From Pseudomonadota bacterium (GTDB taxonomy: Bacteria > Bdellovibrionota_F > JAHFAK01 > JBDREC01), in the NCBI GenBank assembly GCA_043820105.1, contig JBDREC010000097.1, positions 1-32,839 of the forward strand: a stretch of DNA of 32,839 nt, read 5' to 3'. The position numbers and the translations under genes were made by a program. The notes beneath the pieces were generated by a model, which did no database searches, was not told the DNA's origin, and worked only from the letters and a program-made list of their open reading frames with translations. Shown one piece after another: positions 1-8,973 of the stretch. Numbering within the stretch: position 1 is the first letter of the stretch; each line of letters begins with the position of its first letter.

Positions 1-9
1 CCTAGTCAT
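1..9 (-). CDS. 5' end of an unidentified gene running off the window (Met-Thr-Arg...)
   Basis: ATG at 9-7 on the minus strand, preceded by a purine-rich RBS (GAAGGGGG, + strand 16-23). Only 3 codons are visible. Confidence 0.55.
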
Positions 10-24
10 AATTAACCCCCTTCT

Positions 25-255
25 TAAGCTTTGTGACCTTTGAGTATCCCTACTGCTCAATTATGCCTTAGCACCTGGATCATGGTTTCTCCTTCTAGCT
101 GTTTCACCATTGCTGATGACCCTGGCTAAAATTCGATGCTAAGTTTATCGGTTCTTGCCGACACAATTTATTAAGTACCCAGCGAACTGTTTACTTAACC
201 AGTGTGGACCTTTTATCAGGCCTAACTACCTCTTAGCTACTCCCCCCTGCCTTGT
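25..255 (-). ncRNA. Putative structured leader RNA or ncRNA, family not recognised
   Basis: About 9 helices can be paired by eye, including nested long-range stems (59-67/160-168, 67-75/135-143, 93-99/125-131), a GCAA-capped hairpin (104-119) and a UUCG-capped hairpin (171-198). It is more GC-rich than neighbouring intergenic DNA and lies between a sigma70-type promoter and an RBS. Confidence 0.65.
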
Positions 256-262
256 AAGATAA

Positions 263-291
263 CTTATAAGCAAACAATTTACATTTGTCAA
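263..291 (-). promoter_or_regulatory. Sigma70-type promoter
   Basis: Minus strand reads TTGACA (291-286), 17 bp, TATAAG (268-263). Confidence 0.7.
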
Positions 292-307
292 CAATTATTT
301 CATATTA

Positions 308-380
308 TTTTCACATAATCGTCACAATTGAATGATTTCAATATGTTGTGTTGTCACTTTTTTTTTCACAATTCCGTCAC
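308..380. promoter_or_regulatory. Direct-repeat protein-binding sites flanking an IHF-like site
   Basis: TTTTCACA-N5-GTCAC at 308-325 and 363-380, an extra TGTCAC at 352-357, and TTTCAATATGTTG (336-348), close to the IHF consensus WATCAANNNNTTR. Confidence 0.4.
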
Positions 381-665
381 TTACAGGGTAAGGTTTTAGA
401 TGCATGACATTGTTTTTCTTTGCTGTTCAGCTGTGCTTGGCTTATTGCTTGCCATTAAGCTATTGTTGCTTGCTAACATGTGCCATAATACGGTTATCTA
501 GATCGCTTGTTTTCTGCTTCTGTTTATTCAATACGACTTAACGTACGTTTTAAAATAATCAATAAACAACAATTAATAATTAATATGGAAGAAATACTAA
601 TTCTCTTTTTTTTGTTCTCTTGAGCTCTTGTTCTCCAATAATTTTATTTGGATGTTGTTTTATTT

Positions 666-698
666 AAACACAGAGTCACAGGGGACGCAGAGAGAAAA
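666..698. repeat. CACAGAG-type short repeat element
   Basis: aaacacagagtcacaggggacgcagagag; related copies at 8799-8829 (inverted) and 8935-8961. Confidence 0.6.
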
Positions 699-733
699 AA
701 CACATGATCTTTATGAATTTTGGCTTAGGATTT

Positions 734-1243
734 TTAGTCTTCTATACTATTACCTAAGGAACCAGATTTATATGCATCGCCACTGCCTGTTTTATCTCTT
801 CTGAAGAACTGACCATATTCGCCTCTTGTTCCATCATCATCTAAATCTTGCCAAACAATTATTGCACCATTAGTGGTGGGGTCAAAAGCTCCATTTGTAC
901 AATCAACTGCAGCTCCTGAATAAACATCTTGATCTGGAATATAGCCTATAATTTTAAAACCATTAGTATCATTTGCAAATGCTGATTGTGAACCAGATAA
1001 CTTATTTCCATTTAGAACATTGACATCTTGCGTTGGAACAGCTGATAGAATTGAATGAAATCTTGCATTATCAATATTGTAATCTGCTTCTGCTGCAAAG
1101 ATTCCATTTACCATTGAATTAACTTCTGATTTTTTTGATTTCTTGATGTAAGACATAAAGCTAGGAATAGCAATTGCTGCTAAAATTCCTATGATTGCTA
1201 CTACAATCATGAGTTCAACTAGGGTAAAGCCTTTTTTCTTCAT
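734..1243 (-). CDS. pilA: Type IV pilin (prepilin, PilA-like)
   Basis: [27 protein letters not shown] class III signal / N-methylation motif with Glu5; AAGGAG RBS. Confidence 0.9.
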   Translation of the reverse strand: MKKKGFTLVELMIVVAIIGILAAIAIPSFMSYIKKSKKSEVNSMVNGIFAAEADYNIDNARFHSILSAVPTQDVNVLNGNKLSGSQSAFANDTNGFKIIGYIPDQDVYSGAAVDCTNGAFDPTTNGAIIVWQDLDDDGTRGEYGQFFRRDKTGSGDAYKSGSLGNSIED

Positions 1244-1261
1244 TTCTTTCTCCTTTGAAAA

Positions 1262-1307
1262 ATTGATTATTGATTATTGATTATTGATTATTGATTATTG
1301 ATTATTG
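1262..1307. repeat. Perfect heptamer tandem repeat (TTGATTA)x6
   Basis: Six exact copies at 1263-1304, directly upstream of the pilin RBS. Confidence 0.95.
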
Positions 1308-1370
1308 TAATTTTTTTTATAAAAAGCAATCTATTTTTAATTTAAATTAATCTTTGAATTAAGGTTTACT

Positions 1371-1400
1371 GCTGAAAGCAGAAGGCTGATAGCTGAAAGC
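1371..1400. repeat. Degenerate heptamer repeat (GCTGAAA)x4
   Basis: gctgaaa gcagaag gctgata gctgaaa gc, just after the hcp stop codon. Confidence 0.75.
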
Positions 1401-1408
1401 CAATGAAA

Positions 1409-3049
1409 TTAGAGTATCATTTCCTTAATATCACTATCAACATCTGAAATGCCTGAAATACCAAAGTTTTCAACTAAAACATTTGCAACATTTCTTGATA
1501 AAAAGGCTGGAAGAGTTGGGCCTAGTTTAATGTTTTTTACACCCAGATGTAAAAGAGCAAGCAAAACAATTACTGCTTTTTGTTCATACCAGGCAATATT
1601 ATAAACTACTGGAAGGTCATTGATATCATTTAGTTCAAAAACTTCTTTTAGTTTTAAAGCTGTTACTGCCAAAGAATATGAATCATTGCATTGTCCAGCA
1701 TCCAGCACTCTTGGAATTCCGCCAATATCGCCAAGATTTAATTTATTGTATCTATACTTGGCGCAGCCTGCAGTTAAAATAACTGTGTCTTTAGGAAGTT
1801 TTTGTGCAAATTCACTATAATAATCTCTGCCTTTTTGCCTTCCATCACAACCTGCCATAACAACAAACTTCTTAATTGCTCCTGATTTTACTGCCTCTAC
1901 TACTTTATCAGCTAATTCCAAAACCTGATTATGAGCAAAGCCACCAATAATTTCACCTTCTTCAATTTGCTTTGGAGCTTCACATTTTTTTGCTAGTTCA
2001 ATAATTTCGGAAAAATCTTTTTTGCCTTTTTTATTGTCTGAGATATGCTTTATTCCTTCAAAGCCAGCTACACCAGTTGTAAAAAGCCTGTCCTTATATG
2101 AATCTTTTGGGGGAACAATGCAGTTTGTAGTCATAAGAATTGGGCCCTTAAAACTTTCAAATTCTTCTTTTTGCTTCCACCATGCATTGCCATAGTTTCC
2201 AACAAAATGACCATATTTTTTGAATTTAGGATAATAATTAGCAGGAAGCATTTCACTGTGAGTGTATACATCGACACCACTATCTTTGCTTTGCTCAAGA
2301 AGCATTTCCATATCTTTAAGATCATGACCTGAAATTAATATTCCAGGATTATTTCTTGTACCAATATTTACTTTTGTTATTTCTGGATGACCATAGGTTT
2401 TAGTATTTGCCTCATCTAATAAGGCCATAACAGAAACACCATATTTACCTGCATCTAAAACCATAGCAGTCAAATCATCACCTGACAAAGAATCATTTGT
2501 AGTTGCGATTAATGCTCTTTCCATAAAAGAAACAATTTCATCATTCTTGTAATCTAGCACATCAGCGTGCTGATAATATGCTGCTATTCCCTTGATACCA
2601 TAAATTAAAAGCTCTCTTAAAGAACGCACATCAGCATTTTCTGTAGCCATTGGCGAAACAGTTTTCGCCTTTTCCTGGAAGACATTTTCACTTCCATGCC
2701 AACGAATTGAATCATGTGAAGTCTCATCAAAAGAAAAACCTTTTTCCATTAATTCAGATTTTAATTCATCTCGAAGTGAAATAGCTTCATTAATAAATTT
2801 TGTGAAATCAACTCTATTAAAATTTGCATTTGTAATAGTTGAAAATAAAGCCTTAACAAGAAATGACTTTGCTTGACTTGAATTTATTCCAAATTCTCTT
2901 GCTTTTTGATTAACATGTGCAAGTCCCTTCAAACTATAGACCAATAGATCTTGCAAATTTGCAGTTTCAAATGTTTTTCCACAAACACCATTAATAGTAC
3001 AGCCTTCAGATTTCGCTGTCTCTTGACATTGATAACAGAACATATTCAT
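1409..3049 (-). CDS. hcp: Hybrid cluster protein (hydroxylamine / NO reductase, prismane)
   Basis: N-terminal [11 protein letters not shown]...GVCGK Fe-S motif, [32 protein letters not shown] and WYEQKAV; 546 aa. Confidence 0.97.
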   Translation of the reverse strand: MNMFCYQCQETAKSEGCTINGVCGKTFETANLQDLLVYSLKGLAHVNQKAREFGINSSQAKSFLVKALFSTITNANFNRVDFTKFINEAISLRDELKSELMEKGFSFDETSHDSIRWHGSENVFQEKAKTVSPMATENADVRSLRELLIYGIKGIAAYYQHADVLDYKNDEIVSFMERALIATTNDSLSGDDLTAMVLDAGKYGVSVMALLDEANTKTYGHPEITKVNIGTRNNPGILISGHDLKDMEMLLEQSKDSGVDVYTHSEMLPANYYPKFKKYGHFVGNYGNAWWKQKEEFESFKGPILMTTNCIVPPKDSYKDRLFTTGVAGFEGIKHISDNKKGKKDFSEIIELAKKCEAPKQIEEGEIIGGFAHNQVLELADKVVEAVKSGAIKKFVVMAGCDGRQKGRDYYSEFAQKLPKDTVILTAGCAKYRYNKLNLGDIGGIPRVLDAGQCNDSYSLAVTALKLKEVFELNDINDLPVVYNIAWYEQKAVIVLLALLHLGVKNIKLGPTLPAFLSRNVANVLVENFGISGISDVDSDIKEMIL

Positions 3050-3067
3050 TTTGTACTCCTAGGTAAA

Positions 3068-3133
3068 AAGCTGTAAGCTATAAGCGGTAAGCTGTAAGCA
3101 AGGCTTAAAGCTTAAGGCTCAAAGTTTATAGCT
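3068..3133. repeat. Inverted pair of heptamer arrays (AAGCTGT)n / (GCTTAAA)n
   Basis: Four AAGCTGT-like units (3068-3099) followed by four approximately reverse-complement units (3103-3133) in the hcp leader. Confidence 0.8.
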
Positions 3134-3179
3134 AAAATTTAACTTTTAATATAAAATACTCGGAATTAAATAAAACACC

Positions 3180-3193
3180 TTGATCTATATCAA
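3180..3193. promoter_or_regulatory. Fnr/Crp-family (Fnr/Dnr/HcpR-type) binding site for hcp
   Basis: Exact TTGAT-N4-ATCAA (TTGATCTATATCAA) about 130 bp upstream of hcp, a gene commonly controlled by Crp/Fnr-family regulators. Confidence 0.8.
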
Positions 3194-3214
3194 GAAAAGA
3201 GAAAAGAGTTCAAA

Positions 3215-3308
3215 ATTTTGAATTTTGAATTTTGGATTTTGAATGAATCACCAAAAGTTATCACTCCTTACTCCTTACTCCCTACTCCTTACTCTTAACC
3301 CTTAACTC
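3215..3308. repeat. Two further heptamer arrays: (ATTTTGA)x4 and (ACTCCTT)x6
   Basis: Arrays at 3215-3242 and 3263-3308, read directly. Confidence 0.85.
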
Positions 3309-3398
3309 AATTATTTTTTGACATTATGATAAATTGTTGATACTTGATTAACAGTGCAAAAGAACATGTACGCAAGAGAATAATGTTTAAAACAATTC

Positions 3399-3430
3399 CT
3401 TGTTTTCTTGTTCCCTTGTTCTCTTGTTCT
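3399..3430. repeat. Octamer tandem repeat (CTTGTTCT)x4
   Basis: cttgtttt cttgttcc cttgttct cttgttct immediately before an RBS; related units at 611-636. Confidence 0.75.
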
Positions 3431-3447
3431 CTAAAAAGGAGATCACA

Positions 3448-3852
3448 ATGATAAAAAGTGCCCAATTAGGTGAAGAACTCATAATTATCGTGCCAAATGA
3501 AATTGGAGTATTATCTGAAATCTCATCTTACATCGCGAAAAAATCTGTTAGCATCTTGGCTATCAGTGCAAGCACAACATCCAACATGGTAGTTTTTAAA
3601 TTATTAACTGATAATAACGAATCTGCAAAAGAAATATTAAAAGAGAATGGATACAATGTTGGAAAAAGAGAAATAGTAATGGTTAATCTGGAGAACAAAT
3701 CTGGAGCCCTAGAATATGTTTGCAGCAAACTATCTGAAAACAAAATCGACTTTTTCTATCTATATTGTTCAACCTGCTGTGGTGATTGTCCTGCAATGCT
3801 AGTTTTTTCTTCAACTAACAATGAAAATGCAGTAGAATTACTTAATAAATAA
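3448..3852 (+). CDS. Tandem ACT-domain protein
   Basis: Two ACT repeats (VPNEIGVLSEIS; LENKSGALEYVCSKLSENKIDF). Start moved to ATG 3448 behind AAGGAG; the track's N-terminal extension translates the octamer repeat. Confidence 0.85.
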   Translation: MIKSAQLGEELIIIVPNEIGVLSEISSYIAKKSVSILAISASTTSNMVVFKLLTDNNESAKEILKENGYNVGKREIVMVNLENKSGALEYVCSKLSENKIDFFYLYCSTCCGDCPAMLVFSSTNNENAVELLNK

Positions 3853-3936
3853 TAGACCCAAAGTTCTTAAAAAATAGCTAGAAAATATTCTTAAAAAATG
3901 ATATAATACAAATGTATATTCTAATTGGAGGGGTGC

Positions 3937-5517
3937 ATGTACTCAAAAGTATTAATTATGGCTATCCTGCTGATATCATTAATATTGTATAATTGTGGTC
4001 CTCAGGGAATTCGTGCCAACTTAGATGATCTTGAATCATCAGAAAAAGAAACCCAAGAAAATGAGCAAAATTCTGAGTCAGAAAGCCTATCAAACCTGGA
4101 AGTAAACAACCTTACAGAAGAAGATTTATTAGAGTTACTAGAAGACTCAGGGCTGGAACTGGGCGATGTTGTTACTGAAACAGAAACTATCACTACCCTA
4201 GAAGAAGTTGAGGTTGAAGTGGAATACAGTGAATCCTACCTTTATGATTGGACTATAACTATTGGAGGAAATGGTACTGACCTTGCTTCTTCCTCTATTA
4301 TTGACAGTGAAAACAACCTATATATCGCAGGTTATTATACATATAACGTTGATTTTGATTATGGAGATGATGAAGATGAACATGTAGCTGATTTATCTAT
4401 CGCTTATCAAGAATTATTTGTAACAAAAATAACAGCAGCTGGTGAATATGGGTGGACGAAAACTGTAGACGGAGGAGTTTATTCAAAAGTTTATTCAATG
4501 GCAATAGATGATAATGATAATATTTTTATTGCAGGAGCGTATGCGGGAACTATTAATTTTAATCCATCTGGAATTGAAGACTCACACACATCTGAAGCCG
4601 AATTAGATGGTTTTTTGATGAAGCTTGAAAGTGATGGCAGCTATGCTTATACAAAAACATTTTCATGTTCAGGAAATTTAATAGCAAGGAGTGTTAATGT
4701 AGATACTTCAGGAAATGCATATATTAGTGGAGAATTTGAAAAAACAGCAGACTTTGACTTTACAGAATCAACTGATGAACTTAGTTCACGAGGAGACTCA
4801 AAAGATATATTTATTTCAAAAATCAACAGCAATGGAACTTATGCATGGACCACGAAAAGGGGTGGAAATTATGATGAAGTAGCTTATTCTATAGCAATTA
4901 ACAGTGAAAATGACATTATTGCTGCAGGTATGATGGAAAATGAAGAAGAAGATGCCGGGGACTATATTTTCCTATTAAAAATATCCTCAGACGGTAATTT
5001 TAACTGGATGACTACCTATGATGGAACATTTTGTAATCAACCAGACAGCTTATCAATAGATTCAAGAGACAATATTTATTTAGCAGTTGTAGGCCAAATG
5101 ATCATGAAACTTAATTCAGATGGTGATAAATTAATTGAAATTACCTTGATTGATGGTGGTGGAATGTCTGTTGCTATAGACAATGAAGACAACATATATA
5201 TTACTGGATATTTTACTGAGGAGCACACCTTTTATGATGGTGAAGAAGAAGACGTACACACCTCTTTAGGAGCTAGTGATATTTTTATAACAAAATATAA
5301 CTCAGACCTTGAATACCTTTGGACAGAAAGCATTGGATCAACAGGTATTGATTCCCCTCAATCAATTTCTGTTGATGCAAATAAAAACTTATATGTAGTT
5401 GGTGGTTTCTATGGAACAATTGACTTTGATTTTACTGATGCAGAGGATGAAATAACTTCAACTAATGATAATTTAGATATTTTTATTTTAAAAGCAAGCC
5501 TTGATGATAGTGAATAA
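3937..5517 (+). CDS. Acidic lipoprotein with SBBP-type beta-propeller repeats
   Basis: Signal peptide ending LYNC; repeated (I/V)D..NN(I/L)YI.G.F...DFD......DIFI.K....G...W units; GGAGGG RBS before ATG 3937. Confidence 0.8.
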   Translation: MYSKVLIMAILLISLILYNCGPQGIRANLDDLESSEKETQENEQNSESESLSNLEVNNLTEEDLLELLEDSGLELGDVVTETETITTLEEVEVEVEYSESYLYDWTITIGGNGTDLASSSIIDSENNLYIAGYYTYNVDFDYGDDEDEHVADLSIAYQELFVTKITAAGEYGWTKTVDGGVYSKVYSMAIDDNDNIFIAGAYAGTINFNPSGIEDSHTSEAELDGFLMKLESDGSYAYTKTFSCSGNLIARSVNVDTSGNAYISGEFEKTADFDFTESTDELSSRGDSKDIFISKINSNGTYAWTTKRGGNYDEVAYSIAINSENDIIAAGMMENEEEDAGDYIFLLKISSDGNFNWMTTYDGTFCNQPDSLSIDSRDNIYLAVVGQMIMKLNSDGDKLIEITLIDGGGMSVAIDNEDNIYITGYFTEEHTFYDGEEEDVHTSLGASDIFITKYNSDLEYLWTESIGSTGIDSPQSISVDANKNLYVVGGFYGTIDFDFTDAEDEITSTNDNLDIFILKASLDDSE

Positions 5518-5560
5518 ATTCTATATTGAATAATATATTTATCAGTTTACAAAAAGTTGA

Positions 5561-6289
5561 TTATTTATCTAAAACTTCTAAGAGTTCAACAGTAAATATT
5601 AATGTAGCATTTGGACCAATCATGTCTCCTGCTCCACGCTCACCATATGCAAGCTCAGATGGAATATAAAACATATATTTAGCGCCTTCTTTCATAAGCT
5701 GTAAGCCTTCTGTCCAGCCTTTAATAACGCCATTTAAACCAAATGTTGCTGGTTCGCCTCTTTTATATGAACTGTCAAAAACTTCACCGCTAACGAGGGT
5801 TCCTTCATAGTGAACTTTAACCTGGCTTGTTTCTATAGGCTTTTTACCAGTACCTTCATTTATTACCTTATATTGTAAACCAGAAGCAGTTATTTTAATA
5901 CCCTCTTTTGCTTTGTTTTCCTCTAAAAACTTATCAGCTTCGGCTTTATTTACTTCCCCGGATTCTTCTCTTTCCTTCATCATTTTTGACATTTGTTCTT
6001 TTTGGAATTCATATAAAACTTTTTGCATTTCATCTTCTGTTAATAAAGCCGCTGAAACACCAAGAGCTGATTTCATTCCATCAACTAAAGCATCCATATT
6101 AACTTGAATCTTTTGCTTATTAAGAGAATCCCCCATTGAAAAACCTATGGCATAACTAACTTTATCTTCATTTGATTGAAGAACTAGCTTCTTTTCAACA
6201 GGAGCCTGTTTTTGCTCAGTTTTTGTACAACATAGAGTAAAACCAGAAACAATAACAATAATAATTAGCAAACCTAAGAATTTCTTCAT
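5561..6289 (-). CDS. fkpA: FKBP-type peptidyl-prolyl cis-trans isomerase (FkpA/Mip-like)
   Basis: SYAIG N-domain, SGLQYKV, VKVHYEGTL..G.VFDSS, VIKGWTEGLQLM, IPSELAYG and IGPNATLIFTVEL. Confidence 0.93.
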   Translation of the reverse strand: MKKFLGLLIIIVIVSGFTLCCTKTEQKQAPVEKKLVLQSNEDKVSYAIGFSMGDSLNKQKIQVNMDALVDGMKSALGVSAALLTEDEMQKVLYEFQKEQMSKMMKEREESGEVNKAEADKFLEENKAKEGIKITASGLQYKVINEGTGKKPIETSQVKVHYEGTLVSGEVFDSSYKRGEPATFGLNGVIKGWTEGLQLMKEGAKYMFYIPSELAYGERGAGDMIGPNATLIFTVELLEVLDK

Positions 6290-6424
6290 ATCTTTCTCCT
6301 TTATAAAATCATAATTTAAAAAAGCAAAATATTATAAAAGCTAATAATTATTTAATCAATGAAAATTGACTACTTATTAGTTTATTTATATGTTTTATGT
6401 TGATTAATTATAAAAGAGTCCATT

Positions 6425-7804
6425 TTGAAGAAAAAAATTTTTTATATTTTTTTTATACTAAATTTAAATTTTACTATACTTTTTGCCCTTGAAATTCAAA
6501 GCCCATTTATCGAAGATAAAAACATTTTTGAAATAGATTCTAAGCTTAATAATGATCTTTTGATTTTTAATGAAAAGGATAATTTTATTAAAGCCCTTTT
6601 ATTTAAAAAAACTAATATTGAAACAGATTCTGAAGAATATATTTTAGAAATTTATTTTTCAGAAGATAATCTGATAAAAAAGCAACGACAATATTTAAGT
6701 GCTGAAGAAGCTATTAATTTAAGAAGCAAAATACTAGACAGAAGTAATAAGAGTGGAATTTTCAATAGACTAGAGCAATCTGGCAGATATCAATTATTAA
6801 CAGGCACAACTCTTTTATCGCTTGGGTATTGGGGTTGGGCTGTTCCAGCATCACTTGACATTGATGATGAAAAATACTCGATTGCAACTTATATGCTTGT
6901 ATCAGCAACAGGAATTATAGCGCCTATTATTGCCACAAAATATATTAAAACTACAGAAGCCTCTGCTAATCTAAGCGTTTATGGTGGCACCCGTGGCATT
7001 GTTCATGGTGCCTTTTTAATGAGATTAATTAGAGGCCCTGATACTCGCTTTGAAAACATGGCAGGCCTGGGAGTTCTGGCTTCCTTATCAGAAATGTCTT
7101 TGGGATACTATTTGGGTAGAGATATTATCAAAGCACCAGGTTCAGCTGAATTGCTTGGAGTTTTGGGTGATTTTGGAATTGGCTGGGGTGCGGGAGCTTC
7201 TTTTTTAATCGATGGTTTTGAAGATGGAAATGATAGAAATGCTGCTGGTTGCGTTTTAATTGGCTCAGCTACAGGCCTGGGACTTGGATATTTTTATTCG
7301 CAACAAAAGTCTTATACAGTTGGTAATGCATATGTTTTAAGAGCATCAGGACTTTTAGGAGCCTATATTCCAATGGCAATTATTGATGCATTTAATACTG
7401 ACAATGAAAAGATTTATGCAGGTGCTTCAATAGCTGGTTCCGTACTAGGACTCGGAACAGCATATTATTATTTAACTAACAACAAAAGTTTTTCAACAAC
7501 AGATGGTTTTTTAATAACACTAGGAGAAGTTGCTGGGGGTCTCATTGGGGCTGGAATAGCATATCTTGCATCTAACGTAGAAAATGATAATAGCACCTTA
7601 TATTTAACTGCTAGTTCTCTAGGGGCACTCACAGGCTTTTCTCTTTCTTACTGGCTTATTAATAATAAAATGAAAGATGATAAAAAAGATATTTCATGGA
7701 ATCTACGTTTGCACCCAGAAAGCTTATTCCTAAGTGAAAATAATAAAACCTATAACTATAATTCTACCATTCCTCCAGTCATCTCATTTGAGTACACCTT
7801 TTAA
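6425..7804 (+). CDS. Exported or membrane protein with Gly-rich hydrophobic helical repeats
   Basis: Signal peptide, many GxxxG hydrophobic segments and C-terminal VISFEYTF. No family recognised. Confidence 0.7.
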   Translation: MKKKIFYIFFILNLNFTILFALEIQSPFIEDKNIFEIDSKLNNDLLIFNEKDNFIKALLFKKTNIETDSEEYILEIYFSEDNLIKKQRQYLSAEEAINLRSKILDRSNKSGIFNRLEQSGRYQLLTGTTLLSLGYWGWAVPASLDIDDEKYSIATYMLVSATGIIAPIIATKYIKTTEASANLSVYGGTRGIVHGAFLMRLIRGPDTRFENMAGLGVLASLSEMSLGYYLGRDIIKAPGSAELLGVLGDFGIGWGAGASFLIDGFEDGNDRNAAGCVLIGSATGLGLGYFYSQQKSYTVGNAYVLRASGLLGAYIPMAIIDAFNTDNEKIYAGASIAGSVLGLGTAYYYLTNNKSFSTTDGFLITLGEVAGGLIGAGIAYLASNVENDNSTLYLTASSLGALTGFSLSYWLINNKMKDDKKDISWNLRLHPESLFLSENNKTYNYNSTIPPVISFEYTF

Positions 7805-8326
7805 ATGCAAGTTATGAACAATAATAATAATGAAAATAATGTTTTTGAAGTTTATTGTGATGGAAGCTGTAATACTCAAAAAAATATTGGAGCCTGGGCA
7901 AGTATAATAATTAATAAGGATAAAAACTTTACTATTTCAGGAAAAGAAATAAATACAACTAATAATAGAATGGAAATTTTAGGGGCCTTAAAAGCTATTG
8001 AATTTATAGAAAACCAATATAATTCCATAAATAATATTATTATTTTTACAGATAGCCAATATTTATGCAGGCTCCCATTGCGCAGGAAAGAGATGATAAA
8101 AAACGATTTTATGACAAAAACCGGCAAAGAAAGAAAAAACATAGATTTAATTAAGCCCTTGTTTTCATTCCTTAATACTTATAACATTAACTTCGTCAAA
8201 GTTAAAGCCCATCAAAAGAAAAACCCAAATGGTGCCAACTTCAATAGGTATGTTGACAAATTAGCCAGAAAAATAGTTAGGCTTAGCACTACGATTTTTG
8301 TTGCTATTGTGAAACAGATAGTCTAA
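7805..8326 (+). CDS. rnhA: Ribonuclease HI
   Basis: YCDGS, TTNNRMEI, FTDSQY, VKAH and NRYVDKLA give the D-E-D-H-D catalytic set. The start may be a few codons later. Confidence 0.9.
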   Translation: MQVMNNNNNENNVFEVYCDGSCNTQKNIGAWASIIINKDKNFTISGKEINTTNNRMEILGALKAIEFIENQYNSINNIIIFTDSQYLCRLPLRRKEMIKNDFMTKTGKERKNIDLIKPLFSFLNTYNINFVKVKAHQKKNPNGANFNRYVDKLARKIVRLSTTIFVAIVKQIV

Positions 8327-8414
8327 AAGGGCATTTCGTTTATTTAATGCTGCAGCTTGCAATGTTTTAAGGATTAAAAGATCTATAGTGCAGCAAATTT
8401 TTTAGGAGTTTTAA

Positions 8415-8708
8415 ATGACTGAAAAGATTTATGTGGGAAACTTATCCTACACAGTAACAGATGAATCACTTGAAGAACTTTTTTCACAATGTGGAAAAGT
8501 TGAATCAGCAAAAGTTATCACTGATCGTGATTCTGGCAGAAGCAAAGGTTTTGGGTTTGTAGAAATGTCATCAAGCCAAGAAGCAGCAGCTGCAATCGAA
8601 AAATTTAATGGTACAGAATTCGATAATCGTGAGATTAAAGTTTCTGAAGCTAAGCCAAAAAGCGACAACCGCAGAGGCGGCGGCGGCGGATTTCGTTCAA
8701 GATATTAG
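8415..8708 (+). CDS. RRM (RNP-1) RNA-binding protein with Gly-rich tail
   Basis: RNP2 IYVGNL, RNP1 KGFGFVEM and RRGGGGG tail; TAGGAG RBS. Confidence 0.95.
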   Translation: MTEKIYVGNLSYTVTDESLEELFSQCGKVESAKVITDRDSGRSKGFGFVEMSSSQEAAAAIEKFNGTEFDNREIKVSEAKPKSDNRRGGGGGFRSRY

Positions 8709-8729
8709 TTTATATTGAATTTGAAAATT

Positions 8730-8766
8730 AAAAAAAGGCGCTCATTTATTTGAGTGCCTTTTTTTT
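8730..8766. terminator. Intrinsic terminator, probably bidirectional
   Basis: A-run, GGCGCTCA, loop, TGAGTGCC, T-run, between convergent genes. Confidence 0.85.
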
Positions 8767-8798
8767 GGCCTTTTTTCTCTACTCTAAATCCAATAACA

Positions 8799-8961
8799 TT
8801 TTTCTCTGTGTCTCTGTGACCCTGTGGTTCTTTTTCATTTCCATTTGATCAATCTGTCCGCAGATACCTAAACTCATTAAATTATAAAATAATGATCTAT
8901 AAGATGAATAATTTATGATTTTTTCATTTTTTTTAAACACAGAGACACAGGGGCACAGAGA
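8799..8961. repeat. Inverted pair of CACAGAG-type repeats
   Basis: ttctctgtgtctctgtgaccctgtggtt (about 8802-8829) and aaacacagagacacaggggcacagaga (8935-8961). Confidence 0.7.
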
Positions 8962-8973
8962 TAAGATGAAGGT

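Noticed and set aside
70-105. Glycine riboswitch, suggested by GAAGGAG...CAGGU
   Set aside because: It lacks the upstream GGAGA and CCGAAG elements, and these bases are used in other helices.
150-250. yybP-ykoY (Mn2+) riboswitch, suggested by GGGGAGUAGC and a later GGCAAGA
   Set aside because: The conserved CGUCA(A/U)UAC loop and the closing GAGACC pairing are not found, and the structured region is much longer than that aptamer.
438-454. Sigma54-like GG-N10-GC on both strands (TGGCTTATTGCTTGC)
   Set aside because: There is no gene on the + strand to serve, the minus-strand match is weak, and the region is low-complexity GCTT-rich.
734-1243. Short conductive e-pilin
   Set aside because: It is a 169-aa pilin with a full globular head, not the ~60-aa truncated type.
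3400-3447. N-terminal extensions given in the ORF track (also 11760-11777, 18030-18059 and 29779-29793)
   Set aside because: Downstream starts fit better (an RBS for the first three, a signal-peptide-like MKTIK N-terminus for the last). The extensions translate repeats or overlap neighbouring genes, except 29779-29793, which is plain intergenic sequence.
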